Shown here in pieces: positions 12,685 through 23,200 of a stretch of 64,000 nt of DNA. The DNA is from Gracilinanus agilis (Eukaryota): NCBI RefSeq assembly GCF_016433145.1, contig NC_058133.1, positions 36,080,566 through 36,144,565 of the forward strand. Reading direction: 5' to 3'. The first letter of the stretch is position 1. Each line of letters opens with the position of its first letter. The notes under the pieces are model-generated. The model worked only from the letters and a program-made list of their open reading frames with translations, was not told where the DNA came from and did not search any database. Both the position numbers and the translations under genes were made by a program.

Positions 12685-12943
12685 ACTCAGTAATTAATTG
12701 GGGAGGGCAGCCTAAATCAGAGATGCTTTTAAGTCTTCTGTCAGCCACTTTCAATGCTGGCTGGAACTGGCCTAGAGAAGCCAAGCTGGTGAATAGTTTC
12801 TTGGGCGTTCAATGAAGTTTTGACACCAAAACTTGAACTTTAATTAAGAAAAGAAAAAGTTGCAGTCTCCTTAAATGATAAAGTAGCACAGCCTGGGAGA
12901 AGGAAGTGAAGTCCCTCTTCTGTGGTCTCTCCATGGACTGCGT
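12661..12943 (-). other. RPAP2: RPAP2 terminal exon (last base A of the TGA stop plus 3' UTR; 3' end approximate)
   Basis: Strong acceptor ttttctctgagctccttcctctcctttcacag|ACGCAG at 12944/12943 completes TG|A. Two AATAAA hexamers lie about 260-280 nt downstream. Confidence 0.75.
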
Positions 12944-13169
12944 CTGTGAAAGGAGAGGAAGGAGCTCAGAGAAAATGGTTCAGATGCTTTACAGCTCTCT
13001 TGCCTAACATGAAATGAGCCTGCTATTGGGTTAGTCAGATCAGGAAGGATTAGTGTAGGCTGTGAAAACAGGAGAAGCGGTTCCTTGAGGAACCAGGGAG
13101 TTTTATTTGGGTAGAGTTAGAATCCCTTAAGAGTTAGAAATCCTTTTTTATCCTTATATATTTCAATAA

Positions 13170-13171
<2 letters not shown>

Positions 13172-13220
<49 letters not shown>
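13172..13220. repeat. (CA)n microsatellite in the last RPAP2 intron
   Basis: About 24 perfect units. Confidence 0.99.
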
Positions 13221-13227
<7 letters not shown>

Positions 13228-13919
13228 GTATATTAATAACAAGAGTCTCTTTAGCATCCTTGAGCCTGGTCCTGAAGGGAAGTTTACTTAGGAGTTTCAC
13301 TTCACTGATATAAACTAAAGATACTTTGCAAGCACAGCAAGTAGAGTATCTGAAGTCAGTTGATATATACTAATAATAAATTAATTTACATTTATTTTTA
13401 CATATTATAGCAATATGCAAAGAATGCAAATAAGTTTGTAAGAGAAATACTGAATACTTACTAACAAGTGTTACCAAGCCCCTGAAAAAGGACACAAAGG
13501 GAATGAAGCTGAGGTTCAGAAGGGATAGGAGGGAAAGGGACTAACCTTGGTCAATTGGCCTGGAGGGCTGGAAGCTTCCCTCAGGTCCATGAGGTCAGAG
13601 AGAAGGGTGACTGTTTGGGAGGCTGCAAACATAAGCTGCTCCCAGTTCCTCCAACCCCTCATCCAATATCTGCCTTTGCTTGCACAACTATGCCATCAGT
13701 ACTCTGCAGTCCGCTACTGACTTTCCTCCCAATTACTTGGATGGTCTGAAGTTTCACTACATGTTGTGGACCTTTGTGTTACTCTGTGACTTTGTGACTC
13801 ATTCATAAAAATAATACATTAAATGTAGAAGAGCTTAACATTTTCACTTAGAAAAGGATTAAGAGATATTTTCTACTTTGAGAGAAACCAGTAACACATG
13901 GCATATTGATGGGGCAGGG

Positions 13920-14090
13920 GCCTGTCCAATGGCCATGCAATCAGTACAGTGAGGTTCCTAAGCCCCCACTGGGGAGGTGGGTGTTGCTGTCCTTCAGGCT
14001 TCGGGGGCGGGGGCTAAGAACATGCCCTCCTGGGCATGGCTGTCGCCGAGTCTGGGTTAGTTTCCCTTTCCTGGTGGGAAACTTCCCATC
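13920..14090. promoter_or_regulatory. GC-rich promoter/enhancer-like island in the last RPAP2 intron
   Basis: CCAAT 13926, GC box gggggcgggggc 14003-14014, p53-like gaacatgccc-N4-gggcatggct 14018-14041, kB-like gggaaacttccc 14076-14087; several CpGs. Motif evidence only. Confidence 0.3.
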
Positions 14091-14444
14091 CGGGAACTGA
14101 GAATCGAGGGGTGGGAGACCAAACTGGGCTCATGGGCTCCACTTTGAAGTTTAGGGGAGGGGGGGTGCTGGGGATTGTCCTGACTGCAAAGGACTTTAAA
14201 CACCCTGCTATAACCCTCAGAAAAGGTGCAGTGGTAGGGGAAGAACAAAGAGTGGATGGAAAGTGACTGAGGAAGCACAATCCAGTGACCTCTTGGGCTA
14301 ATATTTGGAGATTTGCATTAGGCTTCAAAGATTCCAAACTGGGAAGGAAAAAAATCAAATAAGAAAGAAGCAGCAGCAGCAGGAACAAGGAAGTGGGAAG
14401 AGGAGCCAAGGAGAAGAGGAGAGGAGCAGAGGACCACAACTTAC

Positions 14445-14594
14445 CATTCTGGCAAAAAGTTAGTTTTAAATATCCCAGTCAACCTTTCAAGGTCTTCATT
14501 CTTGAAATGCAACTCTTCGAGTAATGTGGCTATGAACTGTGTATACACGGCATTTTTCTGAGAATGCTTCTGTATTGGGATCACTTGGGACAGC
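14445..14594 (-). CDS. RPAP2: RPAP2 last fully coding exon (150 bp), ending in TG of a split stop codon
   Basis: ttctgttacag|GCTG...GAATG|gtaagt; encodes (V)[49 protein letters not shown], matching the recalled RPAP2 C-terminus (LLEELHLKNEDLE...LPE). Confidence 0.95.
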
Positions 14595-15636
14595 CTGTAA
14601 CAGAAGAGCCAGGAGGGTTTGGGTCTCAATGGAAAGGGGGGGGTACCAGGAGGGGTGGCCCCAGGCTTTCCTCGGGTAAACTGAGACTGTAAGCACCTGC
14701 TCTGAATGTGCTCTGCAGGATTTTGTGAGGATTACTAAAAATTTTCTGTTTTAAAAATCTGTAGTATTGATGAAGGTGGAGAAAGAATCTCTTGAAAGAA
14801 GGGTCATGGCAGGAGGCCAAAATCAGCTTATGACTGCAAACCAACTGGAAGGAGGAAGGGTCTGGAGCCTAATAGAACACCTATTTAATTACTGTGAAGA
14901 TTAAAGAACAAAACACCAATTTCATTAGCTTTGTGTTAGCTCCTGTTAGACAGCATACTTCAAAAAGCCTTTGCAAATCACATTCCTGGAAAGCGTCTGG
15001 AGCAGACTTTATCTGACCTGGGATTTTCCAAATACTGCCATGTTTCCCACAAACCCCCTTGTAAATAATTACTTACTTCAACCACTGCCACTGGGCACAT
15101 TCAACCTGAACAAATGAGCTTTCCAAAGCTGTACATCAATAGTGCTGATGGGCAGCCCAAGCAGAGTGCATCCAGCAACAGTGACTCAAGAAGGGCAAAT
15201 ACTGACATTCTTAACCCTTGGTTCTTCCTTGTCTTTCTAGGAAACTGCACTCAGCTGCCTCAGCCACTAAGCAGGAGTTAAATACTGACCATATGACATT
15301 GGAATCCCTACTCCCATAAGTCTATATTCTCTGACCTTCCACCCATCCCTCCTCTTCCTGCCATTCTCAGCTTTCTGCTCAAGCAACTGGCGAGAGAAGG
15401 GAAGCAATATCAGCCTCAGGTTTCCAATCACAAAACCAGCTTTCTGGAGGTATTCTGCAAAGGTTTTTAGAACCCCAATATGCCAGGCAAGGGTCCCCAA
15501 CCTGTCTATCATAGGCAGCAGGAGTGTTCAAAGGCTAAGAGGCATTTTCAAAGGTGAGGATGAAGTCCTGGTTTGGAGGCACCTACCTGCCAGTCTTTCT
15601 CCATTGCCCCTTCCCACAGGAGATAGCAAGGCTTTA

Positions 15637-15750
15637 GACAATGAGAAAGTAACTCCTCTCTACAAAAAGGTTAATGAATTCTGGCCATAAGGAAACCTTT
15701 CCAAAAAATGGCTCAACAGATATTCTCAGAGTAAACATAAGTCAAGTCAA
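15637..15750 (+). repeat. 114-bp exact direct repeat, copy 1
   Basis: Identical to 16157-16270 (base-by-base comparison). Confidence 0.97.
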
Positions 15751-16094
15751 CAAGCATTTACTAAGCACCTACTAAGTGTCAAGCACAGTGCAACAGGAAG
15801 AAAGGCAAAACAACACAACAAACGAGTCTCTGCTTCTAGGAGTTCCCAGTCTAATGAGGAGTCAATATAACAGCTCTGTACAAACAAGATATTTATATAT
15901 GGGATCAACGAGACAATCTCAGGAGGAAGGCACTAACAACCCAAGACAAGTTGAATAACCAATGGAAGCAATGGATTTTTGGTTTACAAATTTGTTTCCT
16001 TGTTTTAGTTTGAATGTCCATTGCTTCTCAAAAAGTGCCTGCCTTGTGAAAGATTGATTGCTAGTTTTCAAACACTTTACTTGTCACACTCACC

Positions 16095-16126
<32 letters not shown>

Positions 16127-16156
16127 TGCAAGGAAAATGTTTGGATCTTTGGTTTG

Positions 16157-16270
16157 GACAATGAGAAAGTAACTCCTCTCTACAAAAAGGTTAATGAATT
16201 CTGGCCATAAGGAAACCTTTCCAAAAAATGGCTCAACAGATATTCTCAGAGTAAACATAAGTCAAGTCAA
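16157..16270 (+). repeat. 114-bp exact direct repeat, copy 2
   Basis: Identical to 15637-15750. Confidence 0.97.
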
Positions 16271-17559
16271 TTTTTCCAATCAGTGGAAACTATCCCCTGA
16301 TATGCTAATAGATCAAGTCTTGAGGGCTGCCAAGGGCATTGAGAGACTTAGTGATTTGCTCATGGTCATGGGAAGTCCTGGGTTCAAATCTAACCTGACA
16401 CTTTCTGCCTGTGTGACTCTGGGTAAATTAGTCACTTAATACTATTTGGCCAGCCCTTGTCTTCTGTCTTAAGAGTTGTTATTAGGAAAGAAAGTAAGAC
16501 TTTAAAAAAAAAAAAGCAAAATAACTGTTTTAGAAACCCTGTGGATTCCAAATGGGAAAGGGGTAAGGGGCTGGCTAGTAGGTAGGTAGCAGGAAGAGCT
16601 GATCGGAGAGCTCAGCGGGATGAGGTCTGTAAATGAGCTTGAAGACAGCAACATCAGCATGGGGTCTGGAGAAATCTGCATCCAGACATCAGGCCTGGGC
16701 AGTTCTAATCCCTGAGAACCAGGATTTCCTGACTGCTGTTGTTGTTGAAGGCAAGGGAACTCCTAAGTATGGATGCATAATGTTTAATTCCAGAAAAGTT
16801 GCTATTTGGTAGGATTCCTCTCCCTCCTCCCCCCATTTCTCTTCTATTCTTAGTTTTTCAGGGCTTAAAAAAAGGGTAAATTGAAAGCAGCTTGAGAAAT
16901 TCCAGCTGTTTAAGAAGCTCCTATTCAACCTCAAATCTGACCTCACACTAAGCTACTTTTTTTGAAGCCATCTCTATAATATTTGTCTTTACTAATCAAA
17001 ACCACATTCTTAGAAACAACTATAGGGCTGGGATTATGAACAGTTTTCAAAATCACCTGACAGAAAATGGAGAATCCATTCAGCACTGTAAAATCAGAAA
17101 GGCTCCATCAACAAGATGACAACTATGAGGAAGCTTGAGGTTCTGAGCTGTTACTTTATCAAGGTATCAATTATGCTTTACTATGCAGTTTACAACCTGC
17201 TTCGGTCACACATAGCCAAATAACTCCATTGTCAGGTTTTACAAGGCCTGTGTCAACACTTATTTGCCAGTCTTCCACTCACGCCTTTATAGGCCTGCAG
17301 CAGGGTTATGGGAGGGTGCAGGGGTTGTCAGCTACACTCCCTTGGAGGCTTCTACCTGCTGGTTCCTTCCTGATTGCCTTGAAACACACCTACCTCTCCT
17401 TCATCCCCCCAAAAATCATCGGATTCTGACTTTTCCTCAAATGTACTGCAGTCATATCTCTCCTTTCCTTCCCAAAGTTACCAACTATCAGAACACTGGC
17501 CAATGTAACGATCTCTTCTTGATTCCCATACTTGTTAACTTATCATGACGCCCCTTTCA

Positions 17560-18545
17560 GGAGGGGCCCCAGGTGTGTGGGCTTGCTACCCTGATTCTCA
17601 TTCTCTCTCTGTCCCTCCCTCTCTTCCTCTCTCTTTATCTCTCTCCCTCTCCTTATCCTCCACTTCCCATTCTCCCTCACCCCACAGATCCAATCAGTTT
17701 ATAAACCTTGTTGTTCCCAACTCCATCATAGCTCTGGCATATGACTTCTCTCTCTTTACACAGTCATCACCTTGGCTTAGACCAGTGATGGGCAACCTTT
17801 TGAGCTTAGTGTGTTAAAATTCGCCCCCAAAAATGAGCATAACTGGGGTGGTGTGTCACTTCAAGAAAAAAAAATAATTTCACAATATTTATAGTTTAAA
17901 TAACAAAAATGTATCATTGTAATATATAACTGTATTTAATAAACCAAAATAGGTAAATGAAAATAGCTAGAATCGTCATCTATAGTGCACAGAGTGTCTA
18001 TACTACACTACAGCAGATGTTTCATCCTCAACATGCGGCCCCATACTTCTCTGTATGTGGCCGCGTGTCATCGGTTTGCCATCACCAGCTTAGCCCCTCA
18101 TCACATTGCACCTACTGCAAGGGCTTTCTAAACCTTCCCTCTCTCACCACACCGCCACACAGATCTGACCATGTCACTGGCTCCCTTACACAATAGCTCC
18201 TCAGCGACTTTAGGATAAAACAGAATCTTCCCTGGTTAGTTTTGGACGGTTTGGCCCTGACCTGTCTTTCCAACCTCTTTAAATATTACTTACCTTCTCA
18301 GGCTTTGAGATCCAGTCGAGCTGGCCTTCCTCTTCATCCCTCATCTAATACTCTCCATCTCTGTCTCTGGGCCGTTGTGCTGGCGATCCCCCGGGCATTC
18401 TTCTCCCTGCCTCGGCCTCAAAGAATCCCTTCACTTCGTTTGAAATATAGCATCTGTACAATTGTTTACAAGAAGTTTTTTCCTGATCTCCCATGGGGTA
18501 ACACAGTGTCTGGCCCCTAATCAGTACTTAATAGATGTGAGTTGA
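17560..18545 (+). mobile_element. L2 LINE fragment interrupted by a hAT MITE (approximate)
   Basis: ctccctcacccacagatccaatcag...acagatctgaccatgtcact...acacagtgtctggcccctaatcagtacttaatagatg. Confidence 0.7.
17783..18087. mobile_element. Non-autonomous hAT element, OposCharlie/nhAT1-like, 305 bp
   Basis: TIRs cagtgatgggcaacct / cggtttgccatcacca; 8-bp TSD gcttagac / gcttagcc; subterminal gacacgcgg and gctcaaaagg motifs (minus strand). Confidence 0.85.
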
Positions 18546-19999
18546 ACCTCTACTGGACTCACTGCCCTATTCATTCTTCTCACCTGTGTTCCAGGGTAAT
18601 CCAGGAGTATATCTATACATTTTCTCATTAATTTATAAAATTGAAATGTCTCTCAAAGTTAGCTCAGGATCCTATCCTAGTTTGTTAAATGTTACTTATT
18701 TAATAAACCAGAGAAACCTCTTTATGCAAATATGCAAATTTTCCTTTTTCCCTCATCTACATTTCTTAGAATCCTTCAAGACTCAACCCAAATGCCACCT
18801 TTCCAAGGAAGCCTTTCCTGGTCTACCTCATTCTTCACCCCCAGCTATCAAAGCCTTTCCTTCTAAAGCTGCCTTCCTGTTCCTGTGTGGGCTTCTATGA
18901 ATCTATTTACTTACATTTTATCTCCTCTATCAGAATGTAAAGTCCTTAAGGGGGCTTCATATAGTTCTTTTAGAGTTGTAAGGTACTTTACAAATATCAT
19001 CACATTTGATCCTCACAACGATTCTCCGAGGCAAGTGTTATTTTATCCTCATTCAGGATGAGTAAACCGAGACAGCAAATAAAGCACTTGCCCAGGATCA
19101 CACAGCTAGGGAGTTTCTGAGGCTAGATTTGAACCTGGGTCTTCCCGGACCCGGCACTCTGATGCCAGCTAGCTGCCTATGGTTTCCCACAGTACCTAGC
19201 ACATAGTGTTTGTTGACTATGTATGTATCAAATCTCCTAATCTCTTAGGTTTATCTAAACATTAAGGCTATTGACATGCAATCTGTTAACAAGGTAACCC
19301 AAAACAACTATCTACAATCACTGAACTTCAAGAAAGATCACAGCCACTGTCACCTCTGACCATCACAACTCTTCTCACTTAGATGATACAGTCCCACCAT
19401 TCAGTTATCTGAAGATACCAAGTAAAGTCTCTTCTCAAGAATTATCTTCATTTTTTAAATTCAAGATAAGGATTTATACAGTTCTCAAAAGAGGAAAAAG
19501 GATTTCTTTCTTTTTCTGTAGCTCTCTCCAGCCATGACAAAAAAACAGGATCTTCACAGATGGCTCCTCAAAGACTAGCACTTAAACAATCACTTCCAGA
19601 TTTTGTAGCCTCTCCTAAAGATACAGCACTGATGACCTCCATTATAGAGGCTACTAACGTTAGTCTTTCTTACTAAACAAAAATTCAGTATTTTTCAGGC
19701 CCGTATACCATTTAGTGCTTATTATAGGAAAAGGGCATTATCTTTATTGAATTTCCAGAAAGTCAGGTCTGTAAAAAGTTGCTATTGTTGCTGTTGATTT
19801 AGGTCTACATGGCAGAAATAAACTGGAAAGAGGCTCATAAAATTAATCCAATGTGATCTGGTCAGAGTAGGATAGCCTCAACATTTATCAAGATAGAGAT
19901 TAAAACAAATTGCTAGATTTCTTCTAAGGTAAAAGCCATGTTGCTGTTTTTTTTTTTTTTTAAGTTTTGAAATGCTAGTAGGTATATTTATATCCCAGA

Positions 20000-20000
<1 letters not shown>

Positions 20001-20054
<54 letters not shown>
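20001..20054. repeat. (TG)27 microsatellite abutting an LTR end
   Basis: Perfect TG run. Confidence 0.99.
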
Positions 20055-20056
<2 letters not shown>

Positions 20057-20063
<7 letters not shown>

Positions 20064-20602
20064 ATTCTTAAAGTACCCCGAATTACTCCTTACCTGATAT
20101 TAAAGTAATCTGGGTATACAACAGATTCCATATCTCCTGTCAGATCTGACTGACAGGGGTCCAACCCGAGGCAATATGAAACAGAGTGGAGGCTTTATTG
20201 TGGGAAAGGGGGTGGGAGAGGAAGGGAGAGCAAGGGGGGAGCCTGCAACCTGTCGATGGTTGGAGGTCTCCACCTGGGTGGAGAAGGGAGCAATCTTTTA
20301 TAGGGTGGTGGTCTGGCATGAAGTAATCTGTTTTGCCTCTAACTGGCCACAGTGGGGATCTTGTGTCCTACAGGGGGCTAGGAACCTTGGTCTCTAGGGG
20401 CGGGAAGTTCCCAGGTCTGATAGTCAGTGATGCAGGAGGTCATTCCTCTAGGCCTGACAGCAAAGTCCTGATGTTCTGCCAAGTTTTACTATTGTGGCAG
20501 TTTCTGCCCAGGCTTGGGCAGGTGCTAGGGGAAGGGGGATAAGGGGGAGCTTTGGTCCCGGGATCTGTCATCTCCTCCCTACTCCCTTCCCCCAGACCAA
20601 CA
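20057..20602 (-). mobile_element. Solo LTR (ERV-like), same orientation as RPAP2
   Basis: On the minus strand it starts TG (tgttggtctgggg) and ends CA; TATAAAA at 20302-20296; AATAAA at 20199-20194. Confidence 0.7.
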
Positions 20603-20796
20603 GAATAGAAACTCCTTGAGGCCAAGAACTGTTTTTCAGTTTTGTCTTTGTAGTCTCAGCTTCCTATACACAGTAGGCAATAAATGTTCAATAAATGTTA
20701 AGTGACCTGCCCAGGATAGAAAGCATCTGAGGTCAGAGTTGAACCCAGGACCTCCCATCTCAAGGCTTGGCTCTCAATCTATCATTCACTGTTCTT

Positions 20797-20998
20797 TTTT
20801 TTTTTTTTTTTCTAAAACCCTTATCTCTTGCCTTAGAACAATACTGATTCTAAGGTAGAAGAGCAGTAAGGCTAAGCAATGGGGGTTGAGTGGCTTGCCC
20901 AGGGTCACACAGCTGGGAAGTGTCTGAGGCCAGATTTGAACCTAGGACCTCTCCTCTCTAGGCCTGGCTCTCAATCCACTTAGCTACCCAGCTGCCTC
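20797..20998 (-). mobile_element. SINE1_Mdo-type SINE
   Basis: Full antisense copy; TSD cattcactgttctt (20783-20796, 21013-21026). Confidence 0.92.
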
Positions 20999-21939
20999 CT
21001 CTCCCCACCCCCCATTCACTGTTCTTGATGAACATGGATAGCCTTGGATGACTAGGGCAGGGATTTTACCACCCAAACTCATAGGAGAATGACTGAGAGT
21101 TGGAAGTGCCCTCTGAGGCCTTCTGGTCCAATCCCCTGAGTCTCTGTTAACTTGGCTGGGGGGACCCAGCTAGGGAGTAGAAGTGAAGGGAAATTGTACC
21201 CCGGGCCTTGGGGGCTTCTCTCCTGACTTCCCCACTTGCTAATTTAGCTACAAAAGCTCCTCTGACTCTGAATAAACAGCTCTTTTTTTTTCTTACTGTA
21301 TCAAACATCCTAGTATGGAATCTCTTTACCTCCTATTTTCAGGAAAAAAAAAACAACAAAAAAACCCCCAAACAACCAATTTCCTTTCTCTATCCCCCAA
21401 TTCCTACCCCCCACCTCATAGCAACCATGCAAGCCCAACTCTTGAAGTACTCGGTGGAATTTGTTTTCTACTAGCCAAGGAGACCAGCTTTGGTCCATAC
21501 TGTCCTGGGTGACCTTGGCCACACCTCCTGGGTCTATGTGCATATGCGTATGTGCATGTGCATGAGTGCATGTGTTTTAGTTTTTAATGTATAAAATTAG
21601 AGAATTGTACTAGGTCTCTAACAAGTTCCTTCCAGCTCTAAAATTCTTTAACTTCTCCCTTGTTAGCCTGTTTTTGTCATTAGCCCCTGATATAAGTTGC
21701 TTTCTGGATTCTGTTTTCATATCTGCTTGCACATGGCCAGAATTGAGACTACAGGGATGTTTGCATTGACGGTGGTTAGCAGAGTCCTGTAGAAACACCT
21801 CTTTCCACCAACTCTCCTGATGGTCTAATACACTTCTCGAGTCTCAGCCTACAGAGGGAACCGTGGAGCAGTGTGACCTGGGACTTTGGAGGTTGGTTGC
21901 TTCTTCCCTAAGGCCAACCAAGCACTGTCACATTTTATC

Positions 21940-23200
21940 CAATTTAAATAAGCTCAAAGATTTATCAAGCATCTTGGTGCTTGGCTCTGCCCTATAAGAC
22001 AAATATAAATGAGACCTGGTCACTGCTCTTCAATCCCATTTAGTCTTACTAGGATAATAAGACGAGAACACAAAAATGTATACTCTAAAATACCATATGC
22101 TAAATTTTGTATGAAAGAGAGATAGAGATGTGTAAGAGTTCAGAGAAGGCAAAGGTGTATTATATGTATGGGAGGGAATAAAAGAAGACTTCAAGGAAGA
22201 GATGGTGTTTGAGTCAGGCTTTGAAGGATGATTAGGATTTTAATGGTGAGAAATGGGAAAGAGGAAGAAGAGGGCATTCGTTCTAGGTATACAGGCAATT
22301 GCAGGTGCCAGGATAAAGCAGCAAGGAAGCATGACCTGTACTTGAGGTATAGTAAGTACTTAGGACTGTTTGGAGTATTGTCCCTGGGAGTGGTAAGAGT
22401 CAGGGCTGAAAAGTCTGGCCAGGGCAAGGTTCTGGAAAACTCTGAATACCGAGTCCAGGAATGTGAATTTGTTGGGTAGCCAATGGTGAACCCTCAAAAG
22501 CCTTGGAGCATTGAAGCAATGTGTTCAAATCCTCATATCAAGAAATTAAATCCAGCAAAGTTGTATAAAAGAGATTAGAGGTGAAAAAAGAGTGGAGACT
22601 GAGTAGATAGGAAGTAACTGCACAAGAAAAGTAAAAAAGGCCTGAATTTATGTGGTTACGACATGAATTGTAAAATAATATAAAGCTATAATGGATAGAA
22701 CTTAGTAACTTATTGGATGTAGGGAGAAGAAGGAAGAATCAAATATGACACCAAATATTTAAATATGGAGGCTAGGAAGACAGTAGTGGTATTATTGACA
22801 GAAATAGGGATATCAAGAGGAAGAAGTTTTGGGGGAGATATGATGAGTTGGTTCAGTTTTAGAGTTGGTGAATTTGAGGTGCTATTAGGATAGCTAGGTG
22901 GAACCATCTAGCAGACAGCCGTTAAAGCAGAGTCTGAGTATGGGAAAGCGGCCAGGTGAACAGAGATTTGTCAGTTATCTACCGAGAAGGGATAGTTCCC
23001 ATGAGTCTGACACTGATGAAGAAGAGGGAATGTAGAGAAGGTCAAGGATAGAATCTGAAGGAAAGAAATCACTTAAAAAACTAAGGGGCATTCAGAAAGA
23101 TAGGAGAGTTAGGAGAAGAGAGGGCTACAAAAGTCTGGAGACTAGGGTGTGGCAAGGAGGAGGAGGATCAGTTGGATCAAATGGGACAATAAAGTTAACA
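21940..23200 (-). mobile_element. L2 LINE fragment (approximate)
   Basis: Purine-rich antisense L2 (gaaggaagagatggtgtttgagtcaggctttgaaggatga...gagttggttcagttttagag). Confidence 0.65.

Noticed and set aside
19480-19950. Protein-like plus-strand frame (GFIQFSKEEKGFLSF...MAPQRLALKQSLPDF...)
   Set aside because: Several stops, no identifiable family, no TSD or poly(A); not distinguishable from chance by eye.
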